A stretch of DNA of 64,000 nt from Tubulanus polymorphus (Eukaryota > Animalia > Nemertea): NCBI RefSeq assembly GCF_964204645.1, contig NC_134028.1, forward strand, positions 15,011,653 to 15,075,652, read 5' to 3'. The notes under the pieces are model-generated. The model was not told where the DNA came from, did no database searches, and was given only the letters and a program-made list of their open reading frames with translations. Position numbers and translations under genes: made by a program. Of the stretch, positions 11,736 to 24,207 are shown one piece after another. Each line of letters opens with the position of its first letter. Position 1 is the stretch's first letter.

Positions 11736-12320
11736 TTATTTTAATTAATTTTTGTTCTGATTCGTTTTCTGTTTCGCCGTTTGGTTGTAGTACATCTGTT
11801 TCGTTCTTACCTGATTTATATTCCATAGGCTTGATGTTCGAAAATGTTATGACACCAGTAGAAATTAATGTCATAACCGATCCTAATCGAAATGAAGCAT
11901 AACCAACCCATTTTTGTAATTCAGTCATAACTAAGTAGTCATTTTTCAAATCACTATATAATTTATTTTCATCATCAATTGGTATTAACCGAATACATAA
12001 CTTAGAATAACATTTGACAATACCATCATTTATTCTAGCTAATCTAGCTTCTTCATAAATCTTAAAATATTTTATTACTTTATCTGGTTTCATAGCATCT
12101 AATTCTTGAAAAGTAATAGTCTTAGTTAAAAATTGTTTACACTTTCCGCCAGCAATCAATAGTTCAAGATGGTGTTTACAATATAAGTAGTATTCATAAT
12201 CTATATTGTTATTAACTTGAATAGAATTAGAAACAACTGGATCCTTATTATCACTTATGCCCAAATCATCTAATGTTTTTTTCAATATCGGCGTTATTCT
12301 TACTCGATTTCTTTGACATT
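11728..12320 (-). CDS. Uncharacterised Polinton protein with hydrophobic C-terminal helix (5' end apparently frameshifted)
   Basis: ORF 11728-12285; a TAAATG start at 12320 lies just upstream in another frame. Confidence 0.55.
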
Positions 12321-13482
12321 TATATTAGAGAAATTTAATAAGAAAAATATTATAAGTATTATAAAATGATACTAGTATCTCTTTAGGTTAATACTAAATT
12401 GACTAGGTTAGTTAAAGTTCAAGAATTTCTATTCAAATCTATTCAAAATCTATTCAATCTAATGTCAATTAGAATTACCAAAAGAAAATATTAAAAATAT
12501 AATAGAATTCACTAGCAGTTGAAGTTATTTATTTATAAATAACTTCTTTTTTATTATATTTTATTTAAATTAGGATTTAATATCTCACTACTATTGTCTA
12601 TCTATTAGGAGCAGTAATTATAACTGTCCAGATAAGTCATTTCGGATTCTCGATAATAAATCCTAAAACTGAAAATAAATTCAAATAAACGACTGGTGGA
12701 AATACTATTTCATAAACACATATATTTTATTCTACAATCATTATCGATTTCCACATTCCAAGCCGCTCGGCAGCCGAGCGGTAAGGTATGCGTGGAATGC
12801 AGGAATCAATAAAGTATAATACAACATCTGTCACTGTGTGTGACATTAACAACAGCTGAATGACGCAATTGAAGTTCCGACAAACGTAATGCATTGAAAG
12901 CCTATACAGTATGGCTAAACTGCTACAGTCTCGTGAGTTGAAATATCCATAATTTCTGATTCCACATCCATCCATCTTCACTTTCTTGATTCAATGGTCT
13001 TCATTTTAATATCTAAAAGATAAATATCTAGCGTAGAATAAAACTAACTTGAAGTTGTAGTTGTAAAATATTAATTACAACACTTAAACATGGCCATTTG
13101 TGGCGCATCTTACCTGGGTAAGTTTTACATGTTTAACATTTCCCAACGCCTTAATAACAACAAAATAAGTACTCACATTTATAACTGTAAACTCCTAAAA
13201 TTGTGTTTATAGAGAGAATATCCTATGCGTTCCTATGCTTATTTGCTGCGCGCTTATAACTGCCAGTTATTCACTAGCTAAACACTGTCTGATCAACATA
13301 TGTTCCTTTGTGATGTAATTGATTAATCCTTTTCAACTGAAAGAGCACATTCGATCAATATTCAAATGAGGTGCGCCGCATTCAACTGAATATAACGTGC
13401 GACAGATGTTTTTGTAAACAACCTAATACAATTACATATAGGCGGTTTGACATAGATCGAGAGTAACCGGTTTTTTAAGCGT

Positions 13483-14172
13483 TTAAGCTTCAACGTATTT
13501 TTCATTATGTGTTGAGTTCCATAATTCAACAAATGTCTTTGCTTTATCCAGTTGATCTAAATATAATTTCATATCTAGTTTATTAGATTTAATTATGTTT
13601 TCCTTCTTTTCTAAAGGTCTTAAATTTCTCCAGTACCAGATTAGCTTCTTATTATAATCATCACTCATGTCAAATTTAGAAATCGGCAACACGTGATCAA
13701 TATGAAAGTATTCACCATAATTATCTATATTCATTTTATCATCGAATTGATATATTATCCATGATTTTAAGAATTCATCTGAACAACCCAATAAATTAGA
13801 TAGTGTTTCTGAATGTGTTTCTTTGTTGAATAATTGTGTTAATCTAGATCTTAAACATTGTTTCAATCTAAAATTAAGATCTGTTTTATATCTTTCTCTC
13901 ATATATTCTGTCATATAATCATTGTAAGCTTCTCTATTATCTTCTCGATATTGTTTGGCATATAGTTTAATACAAGTTGAACAGCAATATTGAAAACCAT
14001 CTTTGCTAATCTTACGCTTACTAAATTCTGTTAAAGCTAATTTATCTAATTCACATTTAGAACACTTCTTATAGTATATATTTATAACACAAGCGTTACT
14101 TATAATATTGATAGTTTGTGGTTGTTCTGATTCAATTTTAATATCAATTTTTTTTACTAAATTGATTTCCAT
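13483..14172 (-). CDS. HNH endonuclease with N-terminal CxxC...CxxC zinc ribbon
   Basis: CSKC...KDG...CSTC, then LLGCS...FHIDHVLP...NLRPL...N..KSNK, a pattern I associate with large-DNA-virus HNH nucleases. Confidence 0.8.
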   Translation of the reverse strand: MEINLVKKIDIKIESEQPQTINIISNACVINIYYKKCSKCELDKLALTEFSKRKISKDGFQYCCSTCIKLYAKQYREDNREAYNDYMTEYMRERYKTDLNFRLKQCLRSRLTQLFNKETHSETLSNLLGCSDEFLKSWIIYQFDDKMNIDNYGEYFHIDHVLPISKFDMSDDYNKKLIWYWRNLRPLEKKENIIKSNKLDMKLYLDQLDKAKTFVELWNSTHNEKYVEA

Positions 14173-15879
14173 ATTACCCCTGTGAAGCTTGCTCCCGGCT
14201 ACTGGTTCAGCTCCCGATTCAAAAACATTTTGAATCGGGAGCCGAATCGGGAACCGGGAGCCGGCTACTGGTTCAGCTCCCGATTCAAAAACATTTTGAA
14301 TCGGGAGCCGAATCGGGAACCGGGAACAGGCTACTGGTTCGGCTCCCGATTCAAAATGTGAAGCTGGCTACTTATTCGCTAGGTGGCGCTGGTATACAAT
14401 ATGCCTTAGTCCAGACATTTTACGTAACTATGTCTACTCTGCTGATAAAGTCGACCTCGACCTTGACAACAAATCGCCAGGTGATGGCGCGAGCCAATCC
14501 AGACGTCTAAACACGATTGCGTATGCGACCGCGAAAGCGGTCAGCTGTAGCTTTACGTCAGGAGTTTATTAAGTTGCGTCTATTAATATCTTGGTTTAAG
14601 AACGTGCGTATTGCTCGGTCTTTTTTCTCGTCACCGAATCGATCTTTATATGTTATTCGCCTCTTTAACCATTTAATCAATTAACCATCGATTGTTCCCG
14701 AGCCCTTAACAACAGAGAAAGTTTCTAACGAAAGTTATCGAATCCCCTCATCAAGAAGTAAATATCTGCAAGCCCATGAAATTGAAAGATATAAAATAAA
14801 CAGATGCTTTCTGCCCGCCTATCTATCAAATTCCATAGAAAAGAACATTTTTTCATCCCTAAACCGAAAATGGCTGGAATTGAGAGCGCACAAAATACGT
14901 ATATATATATAAAAGCTTCAGTTACACACATGTTTTAATACTATTCGATCAGATTGCTCTCAATACTTTTAATACGAATACGAATATTCATTACACTCCA
15001 ATCACTTCTATGGTATATGGAGGAGGAAAAACAGCATTCATTTAGGAGGTAAATGAAAACGTATCTTAAAACATAACAAACATTATTTACGGAACATACT
15101 ATTTACATATTACCCGATGGATTCATATACATCTAAAGGTGTCCCCCCTTTCGAGTTTAGAACATTTATATTCCGTGGTATTATACCGGTACCTTCTGAA
15201 ACATGGCCATGGCCGCGACTGCACATCAATACCCGGCATTGCGATTTTCCGTGTTACACTTATATATAAAATATGTACAACGTAAGGTAAACGGAGATCG
15301 GGAAAACACAAACAATGAACGCTTATGAAAAATTATGTGACCCAAGCCTCAATAACCCTCATCCCCCTAAATCTCTACATATTTCCACTGCCCTCTGGAA
15401 TGATGAGATAAAAGAATAGAAATCGACATCAGTAGCACCAAAGCTAACCGTACCATTTTTGCTCACTACTTGAAATAAACTATGCGCAAAGCCAGAGAAA
15501 AATTTGCGATTTAGAGAAAGATAAATACAATGCAACACTCATCATCGATTCGATACAGCAGTTGCAGGCCTATTTGAATACTTGTAGTAAAGCGCGGTCG
15601 ATTGATGCGCGCGGGCAGTATCTTATCTTCAAGCACGAAACTATCGTATTGTTTCCAATAATTAATTGTTACATGTTTACACTCTTTGCGTAAAAGTAAC
15701 GACACATCTGAATTTCTTCCGGAAAGCAAAGTAAAATTAGGTGACAATTGGAACTATTTAATTTCGCGCATTGAAACATACATACGCTTTAAGCGGCGTG
15801 ATCAGTACGCACAATAGGGAGCATTTATTGATTGCTAGAAAAGCGATTAAGCGACTCAACTTTCGTGTTGTATTGTTAT

Positions 15880-17115
15880 AATCAACTGGGTTTTTGGCAG
15901 CACAGATTTCATTTTAGCAACGGACTTTTTGCGCGTTGCCAATTTTACAAAAACTAAAAATTCAAACGATTGAATTTATGTGTTAATACCCGTTTATTTT
16001 ACGTCTTAATCAGTTGGATGGCAGGCACAGAGTGTTATGATAATTAGTTACAGTATACACAGAATAGAATCGAATATTATACTACTTGATTACTTATACT
16101 TCATCAGATCGTAACTGAGATTGTCCTAAAATGACTTTTCTTTAACTACATGCTTAATACAAAGGCATATTTCTACAAACAAATAATCATTAGCTGTCAT
16201 TTTAGATTAAATACCTAATCTATAAAAATTGACTCTCAGTACCTAAGATTTGGATGAACCAATCGCTAGAAGTTTTGGTCACTAATTTCTTGATGGGAGT
16301 GTCTTAATCAACTGGGTTTTTGGCAGCACAGATTTGATCACTCTGTGCCTGCTATCCAACTGATTAAGAGCTCGGTACAGCCAAATTCCAGAGAGGATCG
16401 TTCCTCGAAGTCGTCGATCTTGTTACCCTGCCGTTGTTTTGTGCTACCGAGCGGGGATTCATTTGCGAGAGGTTTCGGAAATCGTTAAAGGGTTCTCACC
16501 ATTTTAGCAACGGACTTTTTGCGCGTTGCCAATTTTACAAAAACTGAAAATTCAAACGATTGAATTTATGTGTTAATACCCGTTTATTTTACGTCTTAAT
16601 CAGTTGGATGGCAGGCACAGAGTGTTATGATAATTAGTTACAGTATACACAGAATAGAATCGAATATTATACTACTTGATTACTTATACTTCATCAGATC
16701 GTAACTGAGATCGTCCTAAAATGACTTTTCTTTAACTACATACTTAATACAAAGGCCTATTTCTACATACAAATAATCATTAGCTGTCATTTTAGATTAA
16801 ATACCTAATCTATAAAAATTGACTCTCAGTACCTAATTTACGTAATACGTAAAGGTCTCATATCTCAGCTAAGCCTAGGTACACATTTATGCCAAAACAT
16901 ATGTAAAGATTTAACTATGAAAAATTGAGGTTACTCACCTGAAAATTCAAACGATTGAATTAATGTGTTAATACCAGTTTATTTTACGTCTTAATCAGTT
17001 GGATAGCAGGCACAGAGTGATCAAATCTGTGCTGCCAAAAACCCAGTTGATTAAGACACTCCCATCAAGAAATTAGTGACCAAAACTTCTAGCGATTGGT
17101 TCATCCAAATCTTAG
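15880..17115. repeat. Complex direct and inverted duplication inside the foldback element
   Basis: 15910-16246 repeated directly at 16500-16836; 16243-16369 inverted at 16989-17115. Confidence 0.85.
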
Positions 17116-19439
17116 TGACATATTAAGACACTAATTACCTGATGAGAGCTAAACTAGTTGCGAGGGCAGGTGAGTTGAGAGTTGTTTATATTGCTATTAC
17201 ATCACTTATTCAAAATTAGTGCCAGTTCGCTGGGCAGACAAAATACTCACTAAACAAGACAGCCTACTTGAGCTGCCAAAACGGTATCCGGGTAAAAGTG
17301 ACAAAGACTAAGGGTTAGATCCATTAATGGACATAGGAAAAATCTACAAATATGTTTTCTTAGCTACAAATGACCTGACAAAATATTGATTACAATATTT
17401 AAACATAAAAACACAATCCGCAGTTCCAGATAAAAATACTCCTTGCTAAACTATCATATACGATGGCACCAACAATACTTAAAAATCATTAATTAAAAAA
17501 ATCTTAAATACCCCTTTTAAATGAGTAGAAACTGAGTAAACAGTAAGCTTTCAACAGAGATGACGTCAGGAACACGTACCTGCACACATCTAGATACAGT
17601 GAGCACCTGCTCAAACTGCCGATTTATAAGACGTGTATTTCAGGAAATGACTGAAATGATAATCAGTAGCATATTATAACTTGTGAACATATTACTTCAT
17701 AGAAAAAGTATGACATGATATTCTATTAATTGTACATGTGCCCTTTAAGCAAGTAGAATCAACATCGCGGATTGAATCCTTCATTGTAAAGGAGACATGC
17801 TGAAACTTCACTATCATTAAGTTCCAAACTTTGATTTTGTTTTCATTCCAGAAATTATATAACTATGCCTTTAAAATTCCAATAAATCGACCCTCTAAAC
17901 CTTCGACCTTCATTATATATGACTCATCAACGATATTCGAGATATATCAAAAATTTAGAAATTATGTACTTTTACAAAGGAATTCCGTTGGTAGTAATAA
18001 GGCTAAACAAAAATGATACCTTGTTTCTCCGCAGCGGCCAAAAAGGCGACTATGTATATGTAGGTGATTCAGACGGTGGGCGGACGTCTCGTTCGAACGC
18101 CTGTTTATTTGACGATGTCACAATTTTGATCTTGTTGATCGCAGTTTCACCAGGGTCGGGTTTCGGGTTTCACGAACGGGAATTTAAGCTCCCCCTAATT
18201 CCGGTGTGCATAATTAGCGACGGTGCTGGTCATTTTATTAATGATAGTTATTTCATCGTATAGGAATAATGCAATAATTAATTTGGAATTAACTTCGGAA
18301 ATAATTACAATCAATTCACTTTTCCCTAATTAGTGTTTGTGAAAGAGATTTAATCATCGAATTCACTAACTAGAATAAAGCACTTTCAATTCGAATTATC
18401 ACCTAAACCGGGCCCAGGGCATTAACCCATTTGGCTGTGGGAAAAACTACATATCACAAGTCACGCGTACAATCTATCTCGTAGCTTCATACACTCATAT
18501 CGGAATGATGACGTAGTAGCAGCAGCTGGCAGTCTTTAAAAGGAAAGAAATTTCCTAGTATTTCGCTTATTTCACAAAACCTTCAATGAATGAGAGAAGA
18601 TATTATGAGTTGCTGAGTCAAAGTGCAGGTCAACGCTCCGGGCAACGCTCGCGGTCAGCACACCTGGTTGCGCGATGTGTTTAGACGTCTCGATTGGCCT
18701 CGTCTCGACTGGTGGTCAAGGTTGCGGCTAGCACTTGAGAGCAGACACCATAGTTACGCAATCATAACATTTACCTGTCCGCAATAGAGACGAATCGAAT
18801 AAGTAGCTAACCGATTACCGATTCGGCTACCGATTCGGCTCCCGATTGAAAATGATTTCCAAATATGTTGACAATATTTCAATACACATTTCAATAGCCA
18901 ACTTCATATCGCTGACAAAAGTAAACCTATCAACTAACCCGAATTAAGCATTTTCCATTAGAATTATCACCTAAACCGGGCCCAGGGCAGAAGAACTAGC
19001 AACATATAACTAATCATGCAGTACATCTTTCTCGTATCAGACCGATGATGCTCACATCGGAGTATTCTCCACTATTACATTCCCCAGAATTGACGTCATC
19101 CGCGTGTCTGTAGGCAGACAAAATGAAATTAGGTCACCGGCATCTCTGTAGTCAACGAGCAACAGCTGACCCTCACATCGCGCAAATGTTTGTTTTCATC
19201 ATCGCGCGCAGTGACGTCACGCGGAAAGTCCAAACTTAATGGTAGAAAGGTCTACCTAAACTTTATCGTATCGGCACGAAATCTATTCGTAAACACAGAT
19301 CAGACCATCCTCTTTCAATCCATACCACTCAACGCGTAATCGAAGCCACACGAACGGAGATTACGCGCAACAAAGTTAATACGCTATGGCTTAGCCGCTT
19401 ATAGTATAGAATATAGTTGCATAGTAACTGTATATATTG

Positions 19440-19900
19440 AAGTCACACGCGTGTTGTTAATTCAGACGTCTCGATTAGCCTGGTGGCCGAGGTCAGGTTG
19501 CACTCATTTCAGCAGACATAGTTACGTAATTATGTTTACCTGCTGTGCGCAATAGAGTCGAATCGAATAAGTAGCCAGCTTCACATTTTGAATCGGGAGC
19601 CGAACCAGTAGCCGGCTACCGGTTCCCGGTTCCCGGTTCGGCTCCCGATTCAAAATGGTTTTGAACCGGGAACCGGGAACCAGTAGCCGGTTCCCGGTTC
19701 CCGATTCGGCTCCCGATTCAAAATGATTTTGAATCGGGAGGAAATCGTGTGACACGCGTGGTGTTAATTCAGACGTCTCGATTAGCCTGGTGGCCGAGGT
19801 CAAGGTTGCACTCATTTCAGCAGACATAGTTACGTAATTATGTTTACCTGCTGTCCGCAATAGAGTCGAATCGAATAAGAAGCCAGCTTCACATTTTGCA
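19440..19900. repeat. Internal tandem copies of the subterminal TIR module with GC-rich GGGAACC/GGTTCCC hairpins
   Basis: 19443-19590 repeated at 19752-19898; both resemble 20500-20670; a further partial copy at ~18670-18850. Confidence 0.8.
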
Positions 19901-20788
19901 ATTGAGACGTCTAAACAACCATCTTATATCTGCGCCAATGTTAGTGGTCTCACTGTTTTACCATGCAACCGTGGTAACTATTGGATTAGAATTTTGTGTG
20001 CGCTCTCATTTCAAGCTATTTTCGGTTTAGGGATGAGAAAAAATGTTCTTTTATGTTTTCTATGGAATTTGATAGATAGGAAAATATCAAGTTTAATAGA
20101 ATATTGAAGTGATTGTTTTTTCATCTTTGACAATGGATTTACCCTGCATGAAGGGTGATTTATACGGCGGGCAGAAAGCGTCTGTTTATTTTATATCTTA
20201 CAATTTCATGGGCTTGCAGATATTGTTTTCTTGGGGATTCGATAACTTTCGTTAGAAACTTTCTCTCTTGTTAACCCTTTCAGTGCTGACTAATCAATAC
20301 CCTATAGCTCGGGAACAATCGATGGTTTATTGATTAAATGATTAAAGAGGCGAATAACATATGAAGAAGTCGATTCGGTGACGCGAAAAACGACCGAGCA
20401 ATACGCACGTCCTTAAACCAAGTTATGTTATTAATAGACGCAGCTTACTGACGTATAGCTACATACAGCTGACCGCTCTGGCGGTCGCATACGCAATCGT
20501 GTTTAGACGTCTGGATTGGCTCGCGCCATCACCTGGCGATTTGTTGTCAAGGTCGAGGTCGAGTTTGTTTATCAGTAGAGTAGACATAGTTACGTAAAAT
20601 GTCTGGACTACGGCATAGTGTATACCAGCGCCACCTGGCGAATAAGTAGCCAGCTTCACATTTTGAATCGGGAGCTGAACCTGTAGCCGGCTCCCGGTTC
20701 CCGGTTCCCGATTCGGCTCCCGATTCAACAGCATTTTGAATCAGGAGTCGAATAAGGAACCGGGAACCGGGAGCAAGCTTCACAGGGG

Positions 20789-21150
20789 TTTCCATATATG
20801 GAGTTATGATATTTCGATTTAAGATGGTGTGATTTATTGCTTTGAGTATAATATTTTCTACAATTACATAAAACGCTTTCATTAGGATTATATTTAGACG
20901 TAACAATTTCATTATCTAAGTTACATTGAGTTCCAACATCTTTAAATGATTTTTCATTATCTAATTCACATTGAATACCAATATTTGATGAATTTTCATT
21001 ATAGATAATTGGTTTATCATCAAAATTTAAATAATATAATTGTCTTTTTTCAATTCTTAAGTTAATCAAATTATTGTAACCTCTAGAAAGTATTAAATCA
21101 TAATTTCTTTCATTGAAAGGAGTTTCAAGAATATTTATAATTTTTTTCAT
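20789..21150 (-). pseudogene. Virus-like protein with C-terminal zinc finger; 3' end displaced by the foldback insertion
   Basis: LCNCRKYY...HHLKSKYH; GIQCE/GTQCN repeats; the original tail YGNQFSKKN is recovered left of 14174. Confidence 0.6.
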
Positions 21151-21613
21151 CTAAAGTTCCTTTATGATTTAAAACTGTATTAAATATGTTAGGATTTTTG
21201 ATTCCATTATCTATCAGTTCAATAATTAAATATGCTTCATTTGATAATATTTGATTGATTATAGAAATATTATCAATTTTATATTGTCTTCCATACACTA
21301 AATTTGTTGCTGAGATATAATTTTTAATGTTAAATAATGAAAATAAGTTATCATTATTCATATTTCTAATATGGCTTTTAGATTTTAAATGTTCATTATA
21401 ATATCTTTTATCACTGAATGATTGATTACATGTATCACATTTGTATGTTTCTTTTTCATTCTTTAATTCATCTAATTTAGTTTCTAATATATCATCTTTA
21501 TATTCTAGTTTCAATTTATTCTCTAAATGTGTTTTAGTTTTATTGTGTCTTGATTTTTGGGATTTATCTATATTGATATTACATGTTGGACAGTAGTACT
21601 TATTTGCTTCCAT
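21125..21613 (-). CDS. C2H2 (U1-like) zinc-finger protein, Polinton-like
   Basis: CPTC..RHNKTKTH and CDTC..EHLKSKSH; same AT-rich codon style as copy A. Confidence 0.7.
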   Translation of the reverse strand: MEANKYYCPTCNINIDKSQKSRHNKTKTHLENKLKLEYKDDILETKLDELKNEKETYKCDTCNQSFSDKRYYNEHLKSKSHIRNMNNDNLFSLFNIKNYISATNLVYGRQYKIDNISIINQILSNEAYLIIELIDNGIKNPNIFNTVLNHKGTLDEKNYKYS

Positions 21614-21691
21614 TTTAATATCAAATTTTTTTTAAAATTGATTTTAGAAGTTATTCATTTATATTTTATTCATATATATGAATATTTTAAG

Positions 21692-21836
21692 AGTAATAGG
21701 GGTTTAGTTGTTTCATATCAAAGGTTGAAGGGGCGAGTGAGTAAAAAATAAAAAATAAATTCGAGTGTGCGAGAATTTATTTTTTATGAGCTCGACCCTT
21801 CGACCTTTGGTATGAAACAACTAAACCCCTATTACT
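21692..21836. repeat. 145 bp palindromic MITE-like hairpin at a virus/LINE junction
   Basis: AGTAATAGGGGTTTAGTTGTTTCATA ... TATGAAACAACTAAACCCCTATTACT. Confidence 0.8.
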
Positions 21837-23700
21837 AACGTGACTTGGGAAGAAGAACAAATTTTCCGCTGTTGGACGGCTTAAATAATTTTCTAAACTA
21901 ACTCCAGAATCTGGAATAGTATTCGCCAAATTTTGGCCAACATTAGCAAAGAAAGAGTATAATTCATTGGCAATATAAGAACCACTAACAGCAGAACCAT
22001 TCAAATAAAAACATCTGGTAACTTTGAGTTCCTAGAAGATTTTCCAATAACCCAGTTGAGGACATTCCAAGTACCTTTCATGTTACCTTTGAAAAAATGC
22101 AATTTACGTGCAGAATAATTTTTTGCAACCGCAATCTGCTAACCGTAGTAATTTATATAAGATGGGCTAATAGTCTATATAACGTGTTTTTATTTCAGGG
22201 TCTGAATTACGCAAAGTTTTTCTATACAAACTGTTCTTATATTTGATGGAATTAAAAGCCATGGTTTCGACCATTTACTTTGATGTTGACCGTTGTTGGA
22301 TGAGCGGGAAACATTCATTATAAAGACTAGTAAATTTGGATAGAAATAATGAGTATGACAATGGGGTACCCGCAGTGCTACTGAAGCAATCGAGGATTCC
22401 ACGTATGGCAGGCGAGGATCCGCCAGGTGTCGCTAGTAGATAGTTGGTCGTCCACGTTCGATTTCGTCTACATTTCAATTAAACCTAAATTAACTTTTCT
22501 CTTAAATGAATGAATCATTTTTGGAAACTTTACCGATATCCGATTAGAAGAATGAAAGTATTGTATATTGGTAGGTGCTGTGATAGTATATGGATTGAGG
22601 AGTTCAAAAATCCAGTTCAAATGTAATTGAAAATGAACTAATTTTGACAACGAACGACCTACTGCTTGTCGCGCCATCAGGTGGGATAGCTGGTTTCGCG
22701 GGTACCCCATTGAGGACCCATATTATCATAAATACTAGACCAGTCCACGGCTAATAAACATCTATAAAATCTGTGTACATTATGATCACCCATATTTCTA
22801 GTTGGGGGTTGCGAACTATTATACACTATATACTACACAGTGAATAATGTCACTACAAAGAATACCAGATTTAAACTGATTATATATAACATTACTAAAA
22901 ATGTTATCTATAATGGTGGAAGAAGACTTGGTTATCCTTTTTGGTTTATCAATCAAAGGGATGACAAGGCTACCATATTATCAAGAAATACTTCTGTTGG
23001 TTTATGGTTATCCGCTTTTAGTAAATCAATATTAAAGTCTCCAAGAATATAACAGATCTTGTATCCAGCATTGAGCTTATTCAACAAAGAATATAAATCA
23101 TCATTAAAAGAACTAATATTAGGTCCTGGCGGACGATATATTACACCAATAATTTTATTTTTGCCTTGCCACCATCAATTTCAATAAAAAGAGACTCAAA
23201 ACTATTGTAAGCAGTTATATCCAGACGTACTTCAAAGTCATGACTTTCCTTGATATATAATGCTACTTCACCGCCATTTCCGTGGTCACGGTTTTTAAAG
23301 ACGCTTTTATATGTGGGGAAATTATATAATTGATCATTGTTGACAGTTGACCAGGTCTCAGTGAGACCTATTATTGAAAACTTACACTTCAAAACATCTA
23401 AGTAATCAGTGAACGTATCAAAATTTCTATTACAACTTCTTATGTTGAAAGAGCAAATAGAAAAGTTATCTTTATAAGGAGAAAAATTATTAACATCAAA
23501 ATATTCACATGAGTTCATTATTACGAGTGATTACAAGAAGACACAAAGATGGCAAAATGGCGATCGCGGACACCGCCGGAAGGTTATAGAATAGCATCAT
23601 TATCAATGAATACATATTTTTGTTTATCACATAGTTTATTGCTGTATGCATTAACCATACTAAACCATTCTAAACATGGTAAAGAAATGAGAAATAACCT
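21837..23700 (-). mobile_element. Decayed non-LTR retrotransposon (CR1/L2-like) ORF2 fragment: APE endonuclease and tether
   Basis: FNIRS, GLTETW, VALYIK, IYRPP, LGDFNIDLL, then KPW...TWNVLN...FFANVG; many frameshifts; RT not present. Confidence 0.85.
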
Positions 23701-23849
23701 GAATGATGTAATTAATAATTCATTTGGATTAAATGATATAAATAGAAAAATTATCACTGCACCAAAACTAATGGAAGGTGAAAAAATTTAAAAAAAATAT
23801 ACAACCAACAGAAACTAAAACGAAGAATATTAAATTAAATAATGATTCT

Positions 23850-24207
23850 TGTGGGGCTTAGAACCTTCTTAGCTAAGAAATAAACTAAAAATCCACGGTA
23901 TTTAGTTCAAGGTCGTCATATGCGTTTATTACAGCGGAAACGATTAACTACAAAATACAAAAAAAGGGAATATAAGGACACTTAGTATTTAAGATATTAA
24001 AACAAAGTAAAAGATGAAAATGAAGTAAGTGAAACCTACCGACAGTGAAGCCACAGCGACAAAAATAATAAAACTATGCGCCCAAAGCGCCCGAAAGACA
24101 ATCCCCGCGAACACGCCAAAAAATATCTCCACCGACCTTGGGGAGACGGACCGCAGGCCGGACCAGCGTAAACTAAAACGAGCAGCCGGCTGGGGGCATA
24201 CATTACA
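23850..24207 (-). repeat. BEL 3' LTR; PPT-like TTTCGGGGGTCGG adjacent (24208-24220)
   Basis: Same as 50965-51322 apart from one G/A difference that I could see. Confidence 0.95.

Larger units (their letters stand above)
1..12592. mobile_element. Polinton/Maverick (adintovirus-like) endogenous DNA virus, copy A; left part outside window; decaying
   Basis: Very AT-rich, densely packed block with pPolB, capsid-like genes, A32-type ATPase and rve integrase in two convergent units. Right end tentatively at ACTACT (12587-12592), matching Polinton AGT...ACT-type termini; the partner TIR is not in the window. Confidence 0.9.
14175..20788. mobile_element. Non-autonomous foldback-type DNA transposon with ~700-800 bp imperfect TIRs and 7-9 bp TSD
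   Basis: CCCCTGTGAAGCTTGCTCCCGG at 14177 and its reverse complement ending 20788; 14177-~14897 is inverted at ~19990-20788; (TT)TCCATAT duplicated at 14166-14174 and 20789-20797; no transposase ORF. Confidence 0.85.

Noticed and set aside
12593-13480. ORF 12727-12981 and surrounding DNA
   Set aside because: No motif or structure that I can support; left unannotated.
19522-20912. ORFs with NREPNREPG / ESGAESG repeats
   Set aside because: Translations of GC-rich TIR hairpins.
22359-22712. 15 bp inverted repeat CAATGGGGTACCCGC inside the LINE fragment
   Set aside because: Could be a small insertion, but no TSD or clear boundaries are visible.
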